Assembly: GCA_009619075.1 (NCBI GenBank) | Contig: WJOY01000012.1 | Span: forward strand, 8,507-72,506 | Reading direction: 5' to 3' | Source: Dehalococcoidia bacterium | Lineage (GTDB): Bacteria > Chloroflexota > Dehalococcoidia > GIF9 > AB-539-J10 | DNA length: 64,000 nt | Part shown: one piece after another, positions 8,925-19,474 of the stretch | Numbering within the stretch: position 1 is the first letter of the stretch | How the letters are laid out: each line of letters begins with the position of its first letter | Notes under the pieces: generated by a model | Database searches by the model: none | Told to the model about the DNA's origin: nothing | Seen by the model: only the letters and a program-made list of their open reading frames with translations | Position numbers and translations under genes: made by a program

Positions 8925-9041
8925 GCCCAAGATTAAGGCTAAAATCTCCTGAGCCGAAAGAACTTCACTACCCAGCTTAAGCAGCCTCTCCCGGGGACGC
9001 TCACTAAGAGGCAAGTCATGAACGGTAAAGGAATCTCTCAT
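8925..9041 (-). pseudogene. radC: radC (JAB/UPF0758) N-terminal remnant
   Basis: The 39-codon ORF MRDSFTVHDLPLSERPRERLLKLGSEVLSAQEILALILG matches the RadC N-terminal HhH region (PxxERPRERLLxxG...LSDxELLAILL) and is then stopped. No JAB domain follows in any frame. Confidence 0.45.
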
Positions 9042-9156
9042 AAGCCTATTCTAGCAAAGCATCCCCCTACAATCCATCACTATCTTCAAGACTTAAGAAA
9101 GGAACTTGCCCTGTTTCGGATAATGGAAATCGGCCCTTCTTCGTTAGCTATGTAAT

Positions 9157-9495
9157 CTATGATTGCCCGCTGGCATGACTTTCATTCGCCTCTTCAGCCC
9201 TATATAGCTCTTCTATCAGCTTTATTAGAGCTTTCTTCGCTTTAAGACTGAGCTTCTGATCAGCCTTGATTGCTGGTATGGCACCTATAACCAGCCCCAC
9301 TTTGCCAGTGGCCAGGTATCCAACGGTTACCCCCAGTTCCTCAGCTAATTTTACTAGCGAGAGCAAAGATGGAATTCGTTTATCTTGCTCTATCAGTGAG
9401 ATGTGTTGTGGAGTCAAACCAAGGGCATCCGCCAAGTCTTGCTGAGTAAGATTTAGTTCTTGACGCCTTTTTCTGATCCTTTGGCCTATGCTCAT
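9157..9495 (-). CDS. XRE-family helix-turn-helix transcriptional regulator
   Basis: RIRKRRQELNLTQQDLADALGLTPQHISLIEQDKRIPSL is a canonical HTH_XRE. The start is taken at the internal ATG (MSIGQRI...). Confidence 0.7.
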   Translation of the reverse strand: MSIGQRIRKRRQELNLTQQDLADALGLTPQHISLIEQDKRIPSLLSLVKLAEELGVTVGYLATGKVGLVIGAIPAIKADQKLSLKAKKALIKLIEELYRAEEANESHASGQS

Positions 9496-9565
9496 CAAAT
9501 CATCTCGGCTAAAAAACAAGAATTTTAGCAACATTAATCATTATGAGCAAAGGCTCAACTAATAG

Positions 9566-9594
9566 TTGACAAAAAAACCTTTTTAAATTAAAAT
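9566..9594 (+). promoter_or_regulatory. Sigma-70-like promoter (TTGACA, 17 nt spacer, TAAAAT)
   Basis: TTGACA at 9566-9571 and TAAAAT at 9589-9594, about 30 nt upstream of the small zinc-ribbon ORF and divergent from the XRE regulator. Confidence 0.4.
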
Positions 9595-9623
9595 CTTGGC
9601 TGACACCCATTGGAAGGTGAACC

Positions 9624-9791
9624 TTGCTAGAAGCAAAATGTCCCAAGTGTGGCTATCACTGTTACGGCTGGGCCTTAGTCAAATCAGAGGAGCGCGTCTG
9701 CCCGAAATGCGGTAGCAAACTAGAGCTCATTCACGAGCTCAAGCCGCAGAAAGAAAAGAAACGGGCAAACGAGAACAGCAATCTACGCTAG
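9624..9791 (+). CDS. Small zinc-ribbon protein (55 aa, TTG start)
   Basis: LLEAKCPKCGYHCYGWALVKSEERVCPKCGSKLELIHELKPQKEKKRANENSNLR has two CPKCG motifs. It was missed by the 60-aa ORF cut-off. Confidence 0.4.
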   Translation: MLEAKCPKCGYHCYGWALVKSEERVCPKCGSKLELIHELKPQKEKKRANENSNLR

Positions 9792-9822
9792 GGTATTAAC
9801 TGAAGACCAAGAAAGGAACAAG

Positions 9823-11250
9823 CTAACCTTTCCCAGACGACCGCCGCCAAGTCCATTCTTCTAGAGCTAAAGCACCCCATAAAGCCAGTGATGCGGCCAA
9901 AGCTGATAACACGGCAATTAAGGCAGGATGTAGCCATACCCTTTCAGCTTGGACTGTAGGGGCTATCAGTGTTTCTCGCCAGCGGCTATCAAGCCCGTCT
10001 ATATCAAAACCATAAACCTGGGTTAAAGCTCCATCGTAGGTGTCACCTTCCTTGAAGAGGGTTAATAGATTGAGCATTTTATTTTCGCCATAATTGCGGA
10101 GAAGGTATTCCACCAGGCTATAACTCTGAGCATAGGAAAGATAAGCTTTTTCTGGTTCAGCGGAAAACGGACTGCACAAGCTGCGGACAGAAATTAGCTT
10201 ACCCTCAGAGATAGCCTGGCCCAAGTAGGCTCGGAAATAAGGGTCGAGTTCCCCCTCGTTATACATAGCTAAGCCCTCATCAAGCCAGGTGGGCAGTTCG
10301 CCATAGGGACTGAAAGTTGCCTGGTGAACGACTAAATGCGTCAGCTCGTGAACTAAAGCTTTTTTGCCCCAATCAAGCTGGTCTGGCGAAATGCCGATGG
10401 CAATTGTGCCAAACTCAGTAAAAGCGACACCTCCGGTCCACTCCCGGGGGAAAATCATGGCTCCTTGCAGGTCTCCAGCTGAAGCATAGATATATATCCT
10501 AATAGGCTTCGAGATTGCTTCGTCACTGTGCGCCTCACAATGACTGATGGGCTTCAATCTAGCAAGCCCTTGCTCACAAGCATCTATTAATTCCCGAGCA
10601 AAGGAATCATCTCCTTCATACCAGAAAAGGGTTAAATCACTCTTATTTAGGCTTTGCCAATTATAGCGGCCATCATCAAAATGCACTTCAGCTGGAGGAG
10701 TTTCAAGCTTATTTCCAGCAGCATCTCGTATCGTCCACCAATATGATATAGCCGCCCCAGGAGGCAAGCTCGATTTTCTCATATCCCAAACCCAACTAGT
10801 TTCCACTCTGGTTGCCGGAGCAAAGTCAGGCCAACCCTCGCTGGTAACCAGGGCATAATTCATCTTATCCACCTGATAATGAAGGTGCGCATCAACAATA
10901 TCAGTCTCACTCTCAGCTTCGATAGTGAAGACAAGCGCAATGGGAAAATGCACCTCCACGCTGCTATCCAAGACCGCGATGCCGCTATCAGCCTGTTTAT
11001 CTGTCACCCTGAGCCGAAGCTCTGACTCTGAACGCAGTGAAGAGGAAGAGTCCAGCGAAGGGTCTTCAGACGCCGCCCTGAGCATGACGAAGGGTTCTTC
11101 GCGGAGCCTGTCCTGAGCTAGATTCTTCGGTCGCTCCGCTCCCTCAGAATGACAGATAAGATTGCCCAGAATGTCGTTATCAGCTTGGACAAGGGAGGGG
11201 CTCAGTAGTAAGAAAAGAAGTAGAGTTACTAAGCCAATACGCTTAATCAT
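9823..11250 (-). CDS. Secreted/membrane-anchored putative zinc metallopeptidase (HExxH...E) with a repeat-derived in-frame insert
   Basis: 475 aa. Signal peptide (LLLFLLLSPSLVQA), HELTH plus a downstream EGLAMY gluzincin-like motif, and a C-terminal TM helix. Residues about 30-85 are encoded by the dispersed repeat (CHSEGAERPKNLAQDRLREEP...). Confidence 0.55.
   Translation of the reverse strand: MIKRIGLVTLLLFLLLSPSLVQADNDILGNLICHSEGAERPKNLAQDRLREEPFVMLRAASEDPSLDSSSSLRSESELRLRVTDKQADSGIAVLDSSVEVHFPIALVFTIEAESETDIVDAHLHYQVDKMNYALVTSEGWPDFAPATRVETSWVWDMRKSSLPPGAAISYWWTIRDAAGNKLETPPAEVHFDDGRYNWQSLNKSDLTLFWYEGDDSFARELIDACEQGLARLKPISHCEAHSDEAISKPIRIYIYASAGDLQGAMIFPREWTGGVAFTEFGTIAIGISPDQLDWGKKALVHELTHLVVHQATFSPYGELPTWLDEGLAMYNEGELDPYFRAYLGQAISEGKLISVRSLCSPFSAEPEKAYLSYAQSYSLVEYLLRNYGENKMLNLLTLFKEGDTYDGALTQVYGFDIDGLDSRWRETLIAPTVQAERVWLHPALIAVLSALAASLALWGALALEEWTWRRSSGKG
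11002..11155. repeat. Dispersed-repeat copy embedded in-frame within the metallopeptidase CDS
   Basis: TGTCACCCTGAGCCGAAGC...CGAAGGGTCTTC...GATTCTTCGGTCGCTCCGCTCCCTCAGAATGACAG is the same module set as the intergenic copies at 14445, 35791, 52050 and 54575. Confidence 0.6.
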
Positions 11251-12351
11251 TTCTCTTCGCCTACTTTGGAACGAAGATAGGCAGTGATAAATCCATCCAA
11301 ATCTCCATCTAATACAGCCTCAGCATTGGCTACCTCATAGTTAGTGCGATGGTCTTTTACCATTTTATAGGGATGAAGGACATAGCTTCTAATCTGACTC
11401 CCCCACTCAGCCTCGATACGCTTACCCTTAAGTTTGGCCTTTTCTTCCTCTTTCTTCACGCGCTCTAGCTCGAGGAGGCGAGTATAAAGGATTCTCAAGG
11501 CAGTCTCCTTATTCTGATGTTGAGACCTCTGACTCTGACAGGCAGCTACTAACCCAGTAGGCAAGTGAGTTATCCTAACAGCGCTACTTGTCTTCTGCAT
11601 ATGTTGCCCACCAGGGCCACTGGACCTAAAGGTATCTATTCTTAAATCTTCTGGGCTGATTTGGATATCCAGTTCCTTCTTTGCTTCAGGAAGAACTTCT
11701 ACTAAGGCAAAAGAGGTATGCCGAGCATGGTCAGCATCAAAGGGGGAAAGGCGAACTAACCGATGAACTCCATGCTCACATTTAAGATAGCCATAGGCGT
11801 AATCCCCTTTAACTTCCACGATGGCACTTTTGATGCCAGCCTCCTCACCAGGAGAGACATCCAATATTTCAGCTTGATAATCATGCCGCTCTGCCCACTT
11901 GAGGTACATCCGGAGTAACATATTTACCCAATCCTGAGACTCCGTGCCACCAGCGCCACTATGAAGGGCAAGCATGGCATTTCTGGCATCGTAATCACCA
12001 CTGAAAATCAACTGGCTCTCCAATCGCTCAAACTGAGAGGTCATTTTCTTCAGCTCCCGCTGTATCTCCGCCTTAAGGGAATAATCACCTTCCTCGACAG
12101 CTAGAGTTGCCATATCATAAAGGTCAGCGACTTCCCTCTCCAGCTGGCGCCAATTATGGACTAAATTTTTCTTCACCCCGAGCTGACGCATAATGGCTTG
12201 AGCTTTAGCCGAGTAGCGCCAAAAATCAGGACTAGCTGATTCGGCCTCTACTCTGGCAATTTCCTTCTCTTTACCAGGGATGTCAAAGATGCACCATTAT
12301 CTCTGAGACTCGGCGGCGTAAAGCTTCTAAATTTTCCCTTTCTTCCTCCAT
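11247..12351 (-). CDS. prfB: Peptide chain release factor 2, with programmed +1 ribosomal frameshift
   Basis: GGQ motif (SGPGGQHMQKTSSAVRITHLPTG). The upstream 22-codon ORF MEEERENLEALRRRVSEIMVHL ends at CTT TGA C (plus-strand 12282-12288), and the +1 frame continues as DIPGKEKEIARVE...MRQLG into the long ORF. A GGAGG Shine-Dalgarno sits upstream. Confidence 0.85.
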
Positions 12352-12365
12352 TTATCCTCCTTATA

Positions 12366-13067
12366 TCAAGTAAATAGCTTCCCTTGATAACTTGGCTCAA
12401 AGACTAGGTTGCCACCAGCAGCGAGGTGAGCTAAACGAGTAGGCTCAGGAAGACGATAGCTACGACAACACTTCATCACCCAGCATAGAGCCGAGGCAAG
12501 GTCAATCTTGTGACCCACAGAGACGTATATCGGTTTCGTTCCAATTTTAGTTCTTAATGCTGCTCCAACAGTCTCTCCATTATCAACCAGCTCAGCATGA
12601 GAACCAACTTCCTCCCCTACAGGCTCATGCCTGCCGCAAAGGATAGATTTAGCACAACCTATGGTGGGCACATCGAGAAAAAGTCCCAAATGTGAGGCAA
12701 GCCCTAACCGCCTGGGATGAGCTATCCCTTGACCATCAACTAGAACAAAGTCAGGGGTATTACATAGCTTTTCACAAGCAGCCAGTATTAAAGGGCACTC
12801 CCGGAAGGATAATAGGCCTGGTATGTAGGGGAAAGTAATCTTGCTTTCAGCAGTTTTAATTTCCACTACACTAAACTCAGGATAGCTAAGGACCACCACT
12901 GCTCCTCGAGCTATGCCTTGAGAGTTGGGAGAGGATATATCAACGCCGGCAACAAGATGTGGATTAATGCCCTGGTTCTTAGTCACTACTTTTCTTGCCA
13001 AGCTCAATTGTATCTCCTTAGCTTGAGCAAAGTTCATATCCCACCCATGCAATTTGTTTACTTTCAT
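12366..13067 (-). CDS. nfi: Endonuclease V (deoxyinosine 3' endonuclease)
   Basis: Close motif match to E. coli Nfi: VAGVDIS, YIPGLLSFRE, DGQGIAHPRRLGLASHLG, VPTIGCAK, YRLPEPTR. The start is taken at the internal ATG (MKVNKL...). Confidence 0.85.
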   Translation of the reverse strand: MKVNKLHGWDMNFAQAKEIQLSLARKVVTKNQGINPHLVAGVDISSPNSQGIARGAVVVLSYPEFSVVEIKTAESKITFPYIPGLLSFRECPLILAACEKLCNTPDFVLVDGQGIAHPRRLGLASHLGLFLDVPTIGCAKSILCGRHEPVGEEVGSHAELVDNGETVGAALRTKIGTKPIYVSVGHKIDLASALCWVMKCCRSYRLPEPTRLAHLAAGGNLVFEPSYQGKLFT

Positions 13068-13169
13068 AATCTTAGTCAAATTATAAAGCATTCTTCCCCA
13101 ATGGCAAACCTTAAAGCCACAAAACACAAAACCATTGACAATTACAATTGCTTAAGGGATAATAGTTAA

Positions 13170-13445
13170 GTGGTTAAAATCAGATTACGCCGGGTAGGAA
13201 GGAAACATAAACCAATCTACCGAGTGGTAGTAGCTAATAGCCGGTCACCTCGTGATGGCAAATTTATCGAGACCATCGGACATTACAATCCTTTAACCGA
13301 CCCTGCTACTGTTGATATTAACGAGGAAAAAGCATTAAAATGGCTTAACTGTGGGGCTCAGCCCACAGATACTGTTTATAGCTTATTGCGCAAATTAGGT
13401 ATTATGGATAAATTTAAGCAACAGCAAACCTCAAACCAAAATTAG
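13170..13445 (+). CDS. rpsP: 30S ribosomal protein S16
   Basis: [41 protein letters not shown]. Confidence 0.9.
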   Translation: MVKIRLRRVGRKHKPIYRVVVANSRSPRDGKFIETIGHYNPLTDPATVDINEEKALKWLNCGAQPTDTVYSLLRKLGIMDKFKQQQTSNQN

Positions 13446-13461
13446 CTGTTAAGGAGACAAA

Positions 13462-13689
13462 ATGAAGGAGTTAGTAGAATACATTGTTAAATCCATCGTG
13501 GCAGAGCCAGACAAGGTAAACATTACTGAAGAAAATAGTGATATAGGCTTATTGATCAAATTGGAAGTCGCTCCGGAGGATAAAGGCAGGGTTATCGGTA
13601 GACAAGGTCGGGTAGCCGAAGCGATACGCACTTTACTCCGAGTAAAGGCAGCCAGGGCTGATACTAGAGTCAGATTAGAAATATTGTAA
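13462..13689 (+). CDS. KH-domain RNA-binding protein (YlqC/UPF0109 family)
   Basis: 75 aa with a GRVIGRQGRVAEAIRTL KH motif, in the conserved position after rpsP. Confidence 0.8.
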   Translation: MKELVEYIVKSIVAEPDKVNITEENSDIGLLIKLEVAPEDKGRVIGRQGRVAEAIRTLLRVKAARADTRVRLEIL

Positions 13690-13774
13690 CAAAACTGGCT
13701 TTCTGTGCTTTCCTCCACCTGTGGCTCCTTCTCTCAGCTATCTTTAACCTGACTAAGGAGCTGCTCATGAATCT

Positions 13775-14296
13775 TCAAGATTTGCGCTTCTTAAAATCTT
13801 CTAGATCAAGTGTACTTATGAAGTCTTTATACGCCGACAACTTCTTCAGTTCCTCCTCGCTGACCTTGCCTTTAGAAATAGGCTTACCTGTTTCCTCTTC
13901 AAGTGTAATGCCAGCTTTATCCAGTACCGATTCTTCAGCATATATCGGCGCCCCGGTTCTTACCGCTAAAGCTAAAGCATCGCTAGGCCGAGAATCAATC
14001 TCGACCTCCGTGCCATCAACGCTAAGAAAAAGCTTGGCATAAAAGGTATCGTTTTTAAGCTCATTAACCACAATAAAATTAACCGAAGCTCCTAAAGCAC
14101 TAATGACAGATTGTAACAAATCGTGTGTCAGGGGGCGGGACAGCTCGATATTCGCCAGTTTTACCGCAATAGCATCTGCCACGTCAGGACCAATCCAGAT
14201 AGGCAAATACCGGTTAGCCACTTTCTCCTTCAAAATGACCACGCACTGATTCCTCATTGCCGTGGCCCGGAGTTGATTAATTTCCATCTCTATCAT
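13775..14296 (-). CDS. Bifunctional nuclease (BFN/DUF151) family protein
   Basis: RPSDALALAVRTGAPIY and LPIWIGPDVADAIAVKL motifs. The start is taken at the ATG preceded by an AAAGGGGG ribosome-binding site. Confidence 0.65.
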   Translation of the reverse strand: MIEMEINQLRATAMRNQCVVILKEKVANRYLPIWIGPDVADAIAVKLANIELSRPLTHDLLQSVISALGASVNFIVVNELKNDTFYAKLFLSVDGTEVEIDSRPSDALALAVRTGAPIYAEESVLDKAGITLEEETGKPISKGKVSEEELKKLSAYKDFISTLDLEDFKKRKS

Positions 14297-14444
14297 GGTA
14301 ACACCCCCTTTAGCCAAGCTTTTATTTTACCCCTATAAATCCTACTGAATAAATAAACTTAAGTCAACTATTTTAGCCGATTGAGCCAAAATTGGCTCCT
14401 TTTCAATTACTACGATTTGGAATTGTTTAGAAACAACTATTACC

Positions 14445-14545
14445 TGTCATTCTGAGTCCTTCATTCCTTGTCATTCTGAGGGATTAGCCGAAGCCCTGAG
14501 CAAAGCGAAGGGACAGCGACCGAAGAGTCTCATATCGCTCAGTGT
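14445..14545. repeat. Dispersed-repeat copy
   Basis: TGTCATTCTGAG occurs twice, then GCCGAAGCCCTGAGCAAAGCGAAGGGACAGCGACCGAAGAGTCTC. Confidence 0.55.
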
Positions 14546-14555
14546 AAGCATTTGT

Positions 14556-15641
14556 TTGACCCCACCCCACATGATACAATTCAACCATCACGGCAAAGGG
14601 AGACGTAGAAGCAAAACTAAGGCTTTGATGGTTCACGAATTGGGCATACGGCAGCAAATAGAGGAGCGGGAGGAAAGCCTTTCCCCTTATGCCGTTAAGA
14701 GCAAATTCAGCCGGGGCAGGCTGAGATGGGAGGAGCCATGTCCTATAAGAACTTGCTTTCAGCGCGATCGTGATCGTATCATCCACTCCAAAGCTTTTCG
14801 CCGCCTCAAGCATAAGACACAGGTCTTTATTGCCCCTTTAGGTGACCATTATGTCACCAGGCTTACTCATACCTTGGAGGTCTCCCAAATTGCCAGAACT
14901 ATATCACGAGCCTTGAATCTTAACGAGGATTTAAGCGAAGCTATCGCCTTAGGACATGACTTGGGGCATACCCCTTTTGGTCATATAGGTGAAGAGGTTT
15001 TAAACGAACTTTACCCCGGTGGCTTCAGACATAATGAGCAAAGCTTGCGAGTAGTTGACCTGCTGGAGAAAGATGGGCAGGGACTTAATCTTACCTGGGA
15101 AGTGCGAGACGGCATCCTTAAACATTCCAAAGGGGAAGCAGCTATCTTAGGAGAAGAATGGGAAGATATGAGCACCCTAGAAGGTCAAGTATGCAAATTA
15201 GCAGATATAATTGCTTATGTTAACCACGATATTGGTGACGCTATAAGGGCTGGCATCATTAGCGAAAACGACTTGCCTGAGCAAGCAGTGAAAATCCTAG
15301 GCCATACACATTCCCAACGAATTAATACCCTGGTCTGCGATGTTGTGAACTGCTCTTGGGCAAAACCAATTATCTCTATGAGCCCGGAAGTTATCAGGGC
15401 AACTAATGGCCTCCGCCAGTTCCTATTTGAAAAAGTATATAAACCCAGCCTAGCCACCAAAGAAGCAGCCAAGGCAAGAAAAACGCTGCACCTCCTCTAC
15501 TCCTATTTCCTGAAACATGAAGATAAATTACCCCCAGAATTTGCCTCTCTGGACGATACCGGGGAACGCAAAGTTGCCGATTACATTGCTGGAATGACTG
15601 ACCAATATGCGCTACGATTAGCCGAGGAGATATTTAAATGA
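14556..15641 (+). CDS. dgt: dGTP triphosphohydrolase-like HD-domain protein
   Basis: [24 protein letters not shown] and the HD motif ([11 protein letters not shown]). First gene of the dgt-dnaG-rpoD operon. The true start may be the internal ATG at 14628. Confidence 0.75.
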   Translation: MTPPHMIQFNHHGKGRRRSKTKALMVHELGIRQQIEEREESLSPYAVKSKFSRGRLRWEEPCPIRTCFQRDRDRIIHSKAFRRLKHKTQVFIAPLGDHYVTRLTHTLEVSQIARTISRALNLNEDLSEAIALGHDLGHTPFGHIGEEVLNELYPGGFRHNEQSLRVVDLLEKDGQGLNLTWEVRDGILKHSKGEAAILGEEWEDMSTLEGQVCKLADIIAYVNHDIGDAIRAGIISENDLPEQAVKILGHTHSQRINTLVCDVVNCSWAKPIISMSPEVIRATNGLRQFLFEKVYKPSLATKEAAKARKTLHLLYSYFLKHEDKLPPEFASLDDTGERKVADYIAGMTDQYALRLAEEIFK

Positions 15642-17491
15642 GCGTCATCAGCGAAGTAAAACAAAAAATGGACATTGTAGAAGTCATCTCTGATTACGTT
15701 CCTTTACAAAAAGCAGGGCGTAATTTTAAAGCTTTATGTCCCTTTCACAGCGAGAAACACCCCTCCTTTTTTGTCTTCCCAGAACAACAGACCTGGCACT
15801 GCTTTGGCGCCTGTGGCACCGGAGGCGATGTCTTCTCCTTCGTCATGAAGAAGGAAGGAATTGATTTTGGTCAAGCTCTCCGCCTCTTAGCTCAAAGAGC
15901 AGGTATAACTCTAAGTTCACCCGAGATATCAAAAAGCGCTGAAGATAAAAAGAGGGAGAGATTATTCCAGATTAATGAGGCAGCAGCCGAATACTACCGC
16001 CACTTACTTTTCAATACTAAAGCCGGTGAGCCAGCTAGAGCTTATCTCAGCAAAAGAAAAATCACACCCGAAACTATGGAGAAATTCCGATTAGGTTTTA
16101 GCCCCGATAGTTGGGAAGCACTAAAGAAATTCTTAATGAGCAAAGGATATGAAGAAAGGGAACTATTTGAGGCTGGCTTGATAATAGAGAAGGAGGGGGG
16201 AGGTAATTATGATAGGTTTCGCAACCGATTGATGTTCCCCATATGTGATATTCAAGGCCGGGTCACTGGCTTTGGAGCAAGGGTATTAGATGAATCTTTA
16301 CCTAAATACATTAACTCGCCTCAGACACCAATTTTTGATAAGAGCGGCAACCTTTACGGCATTGACCAGGCTAAGCTCGCTGCTAGACAAAAAAACTTGG
16401 TAATAATCGTCGAGGGTTATATGGATGTCCTTAGAGCCCATCAACATGGCTGGCAAAATGTAGTTGCCTCAATGGGAACCTCCGTGACTGAAAAACAAGT
16501 AGCCATTGTTAAGAGGTCAAGCAAAAATATAGCTCTATCTCTTGATGCCGATGCTGCTGGGGAGGAAGCTACTTTGCGAAGTGCCGAGGTATTAATTGAT
16601 TCCCTGGAAAAAAAGGTAACGCCAATCCCTACCTGGTCTGGATTAGTAAAATACGAAAATATTCTTAATGCTGAGATAAAGGTTATTCCTTTGCCTCAGG
16701 GCAAAGACCCCGATAAAGTGATAGATGAGAGTCCCGACCTTTGGCAAAACCTGGTGGAACAAGCCCTACCTATGCTGGATTTTGCCTTTGAGACTATAAT
16801 AAGTAAGATTGATTTCAATAAAGCCAAGGATAAGTCTCTAGCGATACAGAAATTGCTGCCCTTAGTTTATGAAATAAAAGACCCCGTACGGCAAGCTCAC
16901 TATGTGCAAAAATTAGCCCGCCGACTAACCATTAGCGAATCTATACTGGCAACCACTTTGAGAAAATCACCCGCCGCTAAGAAAAGACAACGATTAAGCG
17001 AGGCAATAGAACAATCTCGCTTCACTCAGCAACTCGTGTCCAATCCTATTGAGGAATATTGCTTGGCTCTGCTGCTCCAATATCCAGAACTTCGCCAGGA
17101 GGCTCGAGGGTTGTCAACAGAGCATTTTGAAAGCACCGAGAATCGCGAGATTTTCATCAAGTGGCAACGCACCGAAGACATTGCTAAGCTTAAAGAGAAA
17201 CTTGACGCCAATCTATTAGAACACCTAAACTACTTAATGAATAAGCCAATTCTGGATGAAAATGACTGGGAGCGGCAACACGCTCTGAACGATTGCATTC
17301 TTAGTTTGCAAGAGAGATTCTCAAGAAGGTTGGAGGCTGGTAGAGAACTAATGTTCAATCTTACCCGGGAGAAAGAGGGCCTGAATGCCGAGCTAGCTAA
17401 ACTGGATGAAGAGGGAATAAGTTCCAGTGAGCAACTCAAGGAGATCTTCATTAAACGAGGGAAACCAGCGAGAACAAAAGAGGTTAGATGA
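15638..17491 (+). CDS. dnaG: DNA primase
   Basis: Zinc-finger [13 protein letters not shown]...WHCFGCG, TOPRIM (IVEGYMDV), 617 aa. ATGA overlap with dgt. Confidence 0.9.
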   Translation: MSVISEVKQKMDIVEVISDYVPLQKAGRNFKALCPFHSEKHPSFFVFPEQQTWHCFGACGTGGDVFSFVMKKEGIDFGQALRLLAQRAGITLSSPEISKSAEDKKRERLFQINEAAAEYYRHLLFNTKAGEPARAYLSKRKITPETMEKFRLGFSPDSWEALKKFLMSKGYEERELFEAGLIIEKEGGGNYDRFRNRLMFPICDIQGRVTGFGARVLDESLPKYINSPQTPIFDKSGNLYGIDQAKLAARQKNLVIIVEGYMDVLRAHQHGWQNVVASMGTSVTEKQVAIVKRSSKNIALSLDADAAGEEATLRSAEVLIDSLEKKVTPIPTWSGLVKYENILNAEIKVIPLPQGKDPDKVIDESPDLWQNLVEQALPMLDFAFETIISKIDFNKAKDKSLAIQKLLPLVYEIKDPVRQAHYVQKLARRLTISESILATTLRKSPAAKKRQRLSEAIEQSRFTQQLVSNPIEEYCLALLLQYPELRQEARGLSTEHFESTENREIFIKWQRTEDIAKLKEKLDANLLEHLNYLMNKPILDENDWERQHALNDCILSLQERFSRRLEAGRELMFNLTREKEGLNAELAKLDEEGISSSEQLKEIFIKRGKPARTKEVR

Positions 17492-18951
17492 TGGATTTAA
17501 TTAAAGGCAGAACTCCTGGCATAAATGAGGATGAGGAATCACCTCTAGAAGAGACTCCCGCCGACGATGGTGAAGCTGAGGTTAGTGGTGCCGCACTTGA
17601 GGAAGAGACTGCGGAGGAAGTGACCACCAAAGAAGCTAAGCCACTAGTAGTAGCGGCGGAGGAACAGGAGATAATTGATGACTTAGCTCGCATGTACCTT
17701 CGCGACATCGGCAGGGTGCCACTTCTCACAGCTGCTGAAGAGAAGGAACTATCCAGCAAAATAGAGCAAAGAAACCACTTGAGGAAAATTGAAGACGCAC
17801 ACTTCAAGAAGCACAGGAAATTTCCTTCAGCAGTTGACATAGTAGTTGATCTAATTTCTCAACTATCCCGGGCTTACCCTATCATGGAAGTCGTCAAAGA
17901 GCACTGTGGCATCGAGATCTCTTGTAGTCTAGCAGAGACAAGCACAAATCCTAAATTTCGCGCTGCTATCGATAATGAGCTAGCCTTAGAATTGGTAACA
18001 GCCATTGCCCAAAAGACAGGCAAAGAAGCTGCCGCAGCAGAGGAAGCCATAATAAACCTTTCTTTGAACAGCCGCCTCTTGCCACCACAATCGTTGGTCC
18101 TTATTGGAGATAAAACTTCAGGGCAAGAGATAAAGGCTCTCCTGGCTAGCAACAAATTCCTCTCCCAGCTTCACTCCTATAACGAGCAGTTTAAAACCCA
18201 CTTTGAAGAGGTAAGGGCTGAGGCAAAAAGGGCAGAAGAACACCTCACTGAGGCAAACCTGCGCCTAGTGGTTAGCATAGCCAGGAAATACATCGGACAT
18301 GGTATGTCCCTCCTCGACCTTATCCAAGAGGGGAATATTGGCCTTATGCGAGCGGTAGACAAGTTTCGGCATAGAAAAGGTTACAAGTTCAGCACTTACG
18401 CCACTTGGTGGATCAGACAAGGCACCACTCGATCCATAGCTGACCAATCTCGCACTATTCGCATCCCAGTGCATATGGTAGAAACAATCAATAAGTTACT
18501 GCGGACGATGCGACAGCTAACTCAGGAACTTGGGCGCGAACCAAGCTATAAAGAAATTGGCGACCAATTAAATATGACTCCCGAAAGGGTAGAGGAAATT
18601 ATAGACCTATTTCACCATGAGCCGATATCGCTGGAGACACCTATCGGCGCAGAGGAGAACAGTCGCTTGGGGGACTTTGTCGAAGACCGTACTAGCCTGG
18701 CGCCAATCGAAGCTGCTTCACAGCAGTTACTCAAAGAACAGATAGATAGGGTGCTTGATGAGCTTACCCCAAGGGAGAAAAGGGTGCTACAGCTCAGATT
18801 CGGCCTCAAGGATGGGCATACCCGAACCTTGGAAGAAGTGGGGCACGAATTCAATGTAACTCGAGAGAGGATTCGCCAGATTGAAGCTAAAGCTTTGCGC
18901 AAGTTGCGCCACCCTAGCAAGAGTCGAAAACTCAGGGATTATTTAGAGTAA
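17488..18951 (+). CDS. rpoD: RNA polymerase sigma factor RpoD (sigma-70), with an acidic N-terminal extension
   Basis: [18 protein letters not shown] (region 1.2), regions 2-4 ([30 protein letters not shown]...YATWWIRQ), 487 aa. Confidence 0.9.
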   Translation: MMDLIKGRTPGINEDEESPLEETPADDGEAEVSGAALEEETAEEVTTKEAKPLVVAAEEQEIIDDLARMYLRDIGRVPLLTAAEEKELSSKIEQRNHLRKIEDAHFKKHRKFPSAVDIVVDLISQLSRAYPIMEVVKEHCGIEISCSLAETSTNPKFRAAIDNELALELVTAIAQKTGKEAAAAEEAIINLSLNSRLLPPQSLVLIGDKTSGQEIKALLASNKFLSQLHSYNEQFKTHFEEVRAEAKRAEEHLTEANLRLVVSIARKYIGHGMSLLDLIQEGNIGLMRAVDKFRHRKGYKFSTYATWWIRQGTTRSIADQSRTIRIPVHMVETINKLLRTMRQLTQELGREPSYKEIGDQLNMTPERVEEIIDLFHHEPISLETPIGAEENSRLGDFVEDRTSLAPIEAASQQLLKEQIDRVLDELTPREKRVLQLRFGLKDGHTRTLEEVGHEFNVTRERIRQIEAKALRKLRHPSKSRKLRDYLE

Positions 18952-18993
18952 GCGCTACCAAATTGGTTAGCTCTTGTATCTGATAAATCGATT

Positions 18994-19470
18994 ATGGAAC
19001 AGCTTTGGGCACCATGGCGAATGCAATATGTTACTAGGCCGAAAGAGACTGGCTGCATCCTGTGCCAAAAATCTAAAGAAAATAAGGACGAGACGAACTT
19101 CATCCTTCACCGCAGCCAAAATAACTTCATAATCTTGAATGCCTTCCCCTATAACCCGGGACACCTAATGATAGCCCCTTATCGCCATATAGCAAATCTG
19201 CAGGACTTATCAGATGCCGAGATAACAGACCACTTCAATCTTGTGAAGAAAAGCTTGGCTCTTTTAAAAGAGATGCTTAATCCCGATGGCTTCAACATAG
19301 GTTTAAACATAGGCAAGGTCGCTGGAGCTGGAATAGAAGAACATCTCCATACTCATATAGTGCCCCGATGGCAAGGTGATGTTAACTTTATGCCCGTATT
19401 GTCCAATACCAGGGTAATATCAGAGGAGTTAGCTGCCACTTATAAAAAGCTAAGGGTCGCTATTGAGTAA
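18994..19470 (+). CDS. HIT-family hydrolase
   Basis: Histidine triad HLHTHIVPRW, 158 aa. Confidence 0.8.
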   Translation: MEQLWAPWRMQYVTRPKETGCILCQKSKENKDETNFILHRSQNNFIILNAFPYNPGHLMIAPYRHIANLQDLSDAEITDHFNLVKKSLALLKEMLNPDGFNIGLNIGKVAGAGIEEHLHTHIVPRWQGDVNFMPVLSNTRVISEELAATYKKLRVAIE

Positions 19471-19474
19471 ATTG

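Noticed and set aside
14484-14813. ORF 14484..14813(-), 109 aa
   Set aside because: It overlaps the dgt 5' region and a repeat copy. No motif was found. It is probably an artefact.
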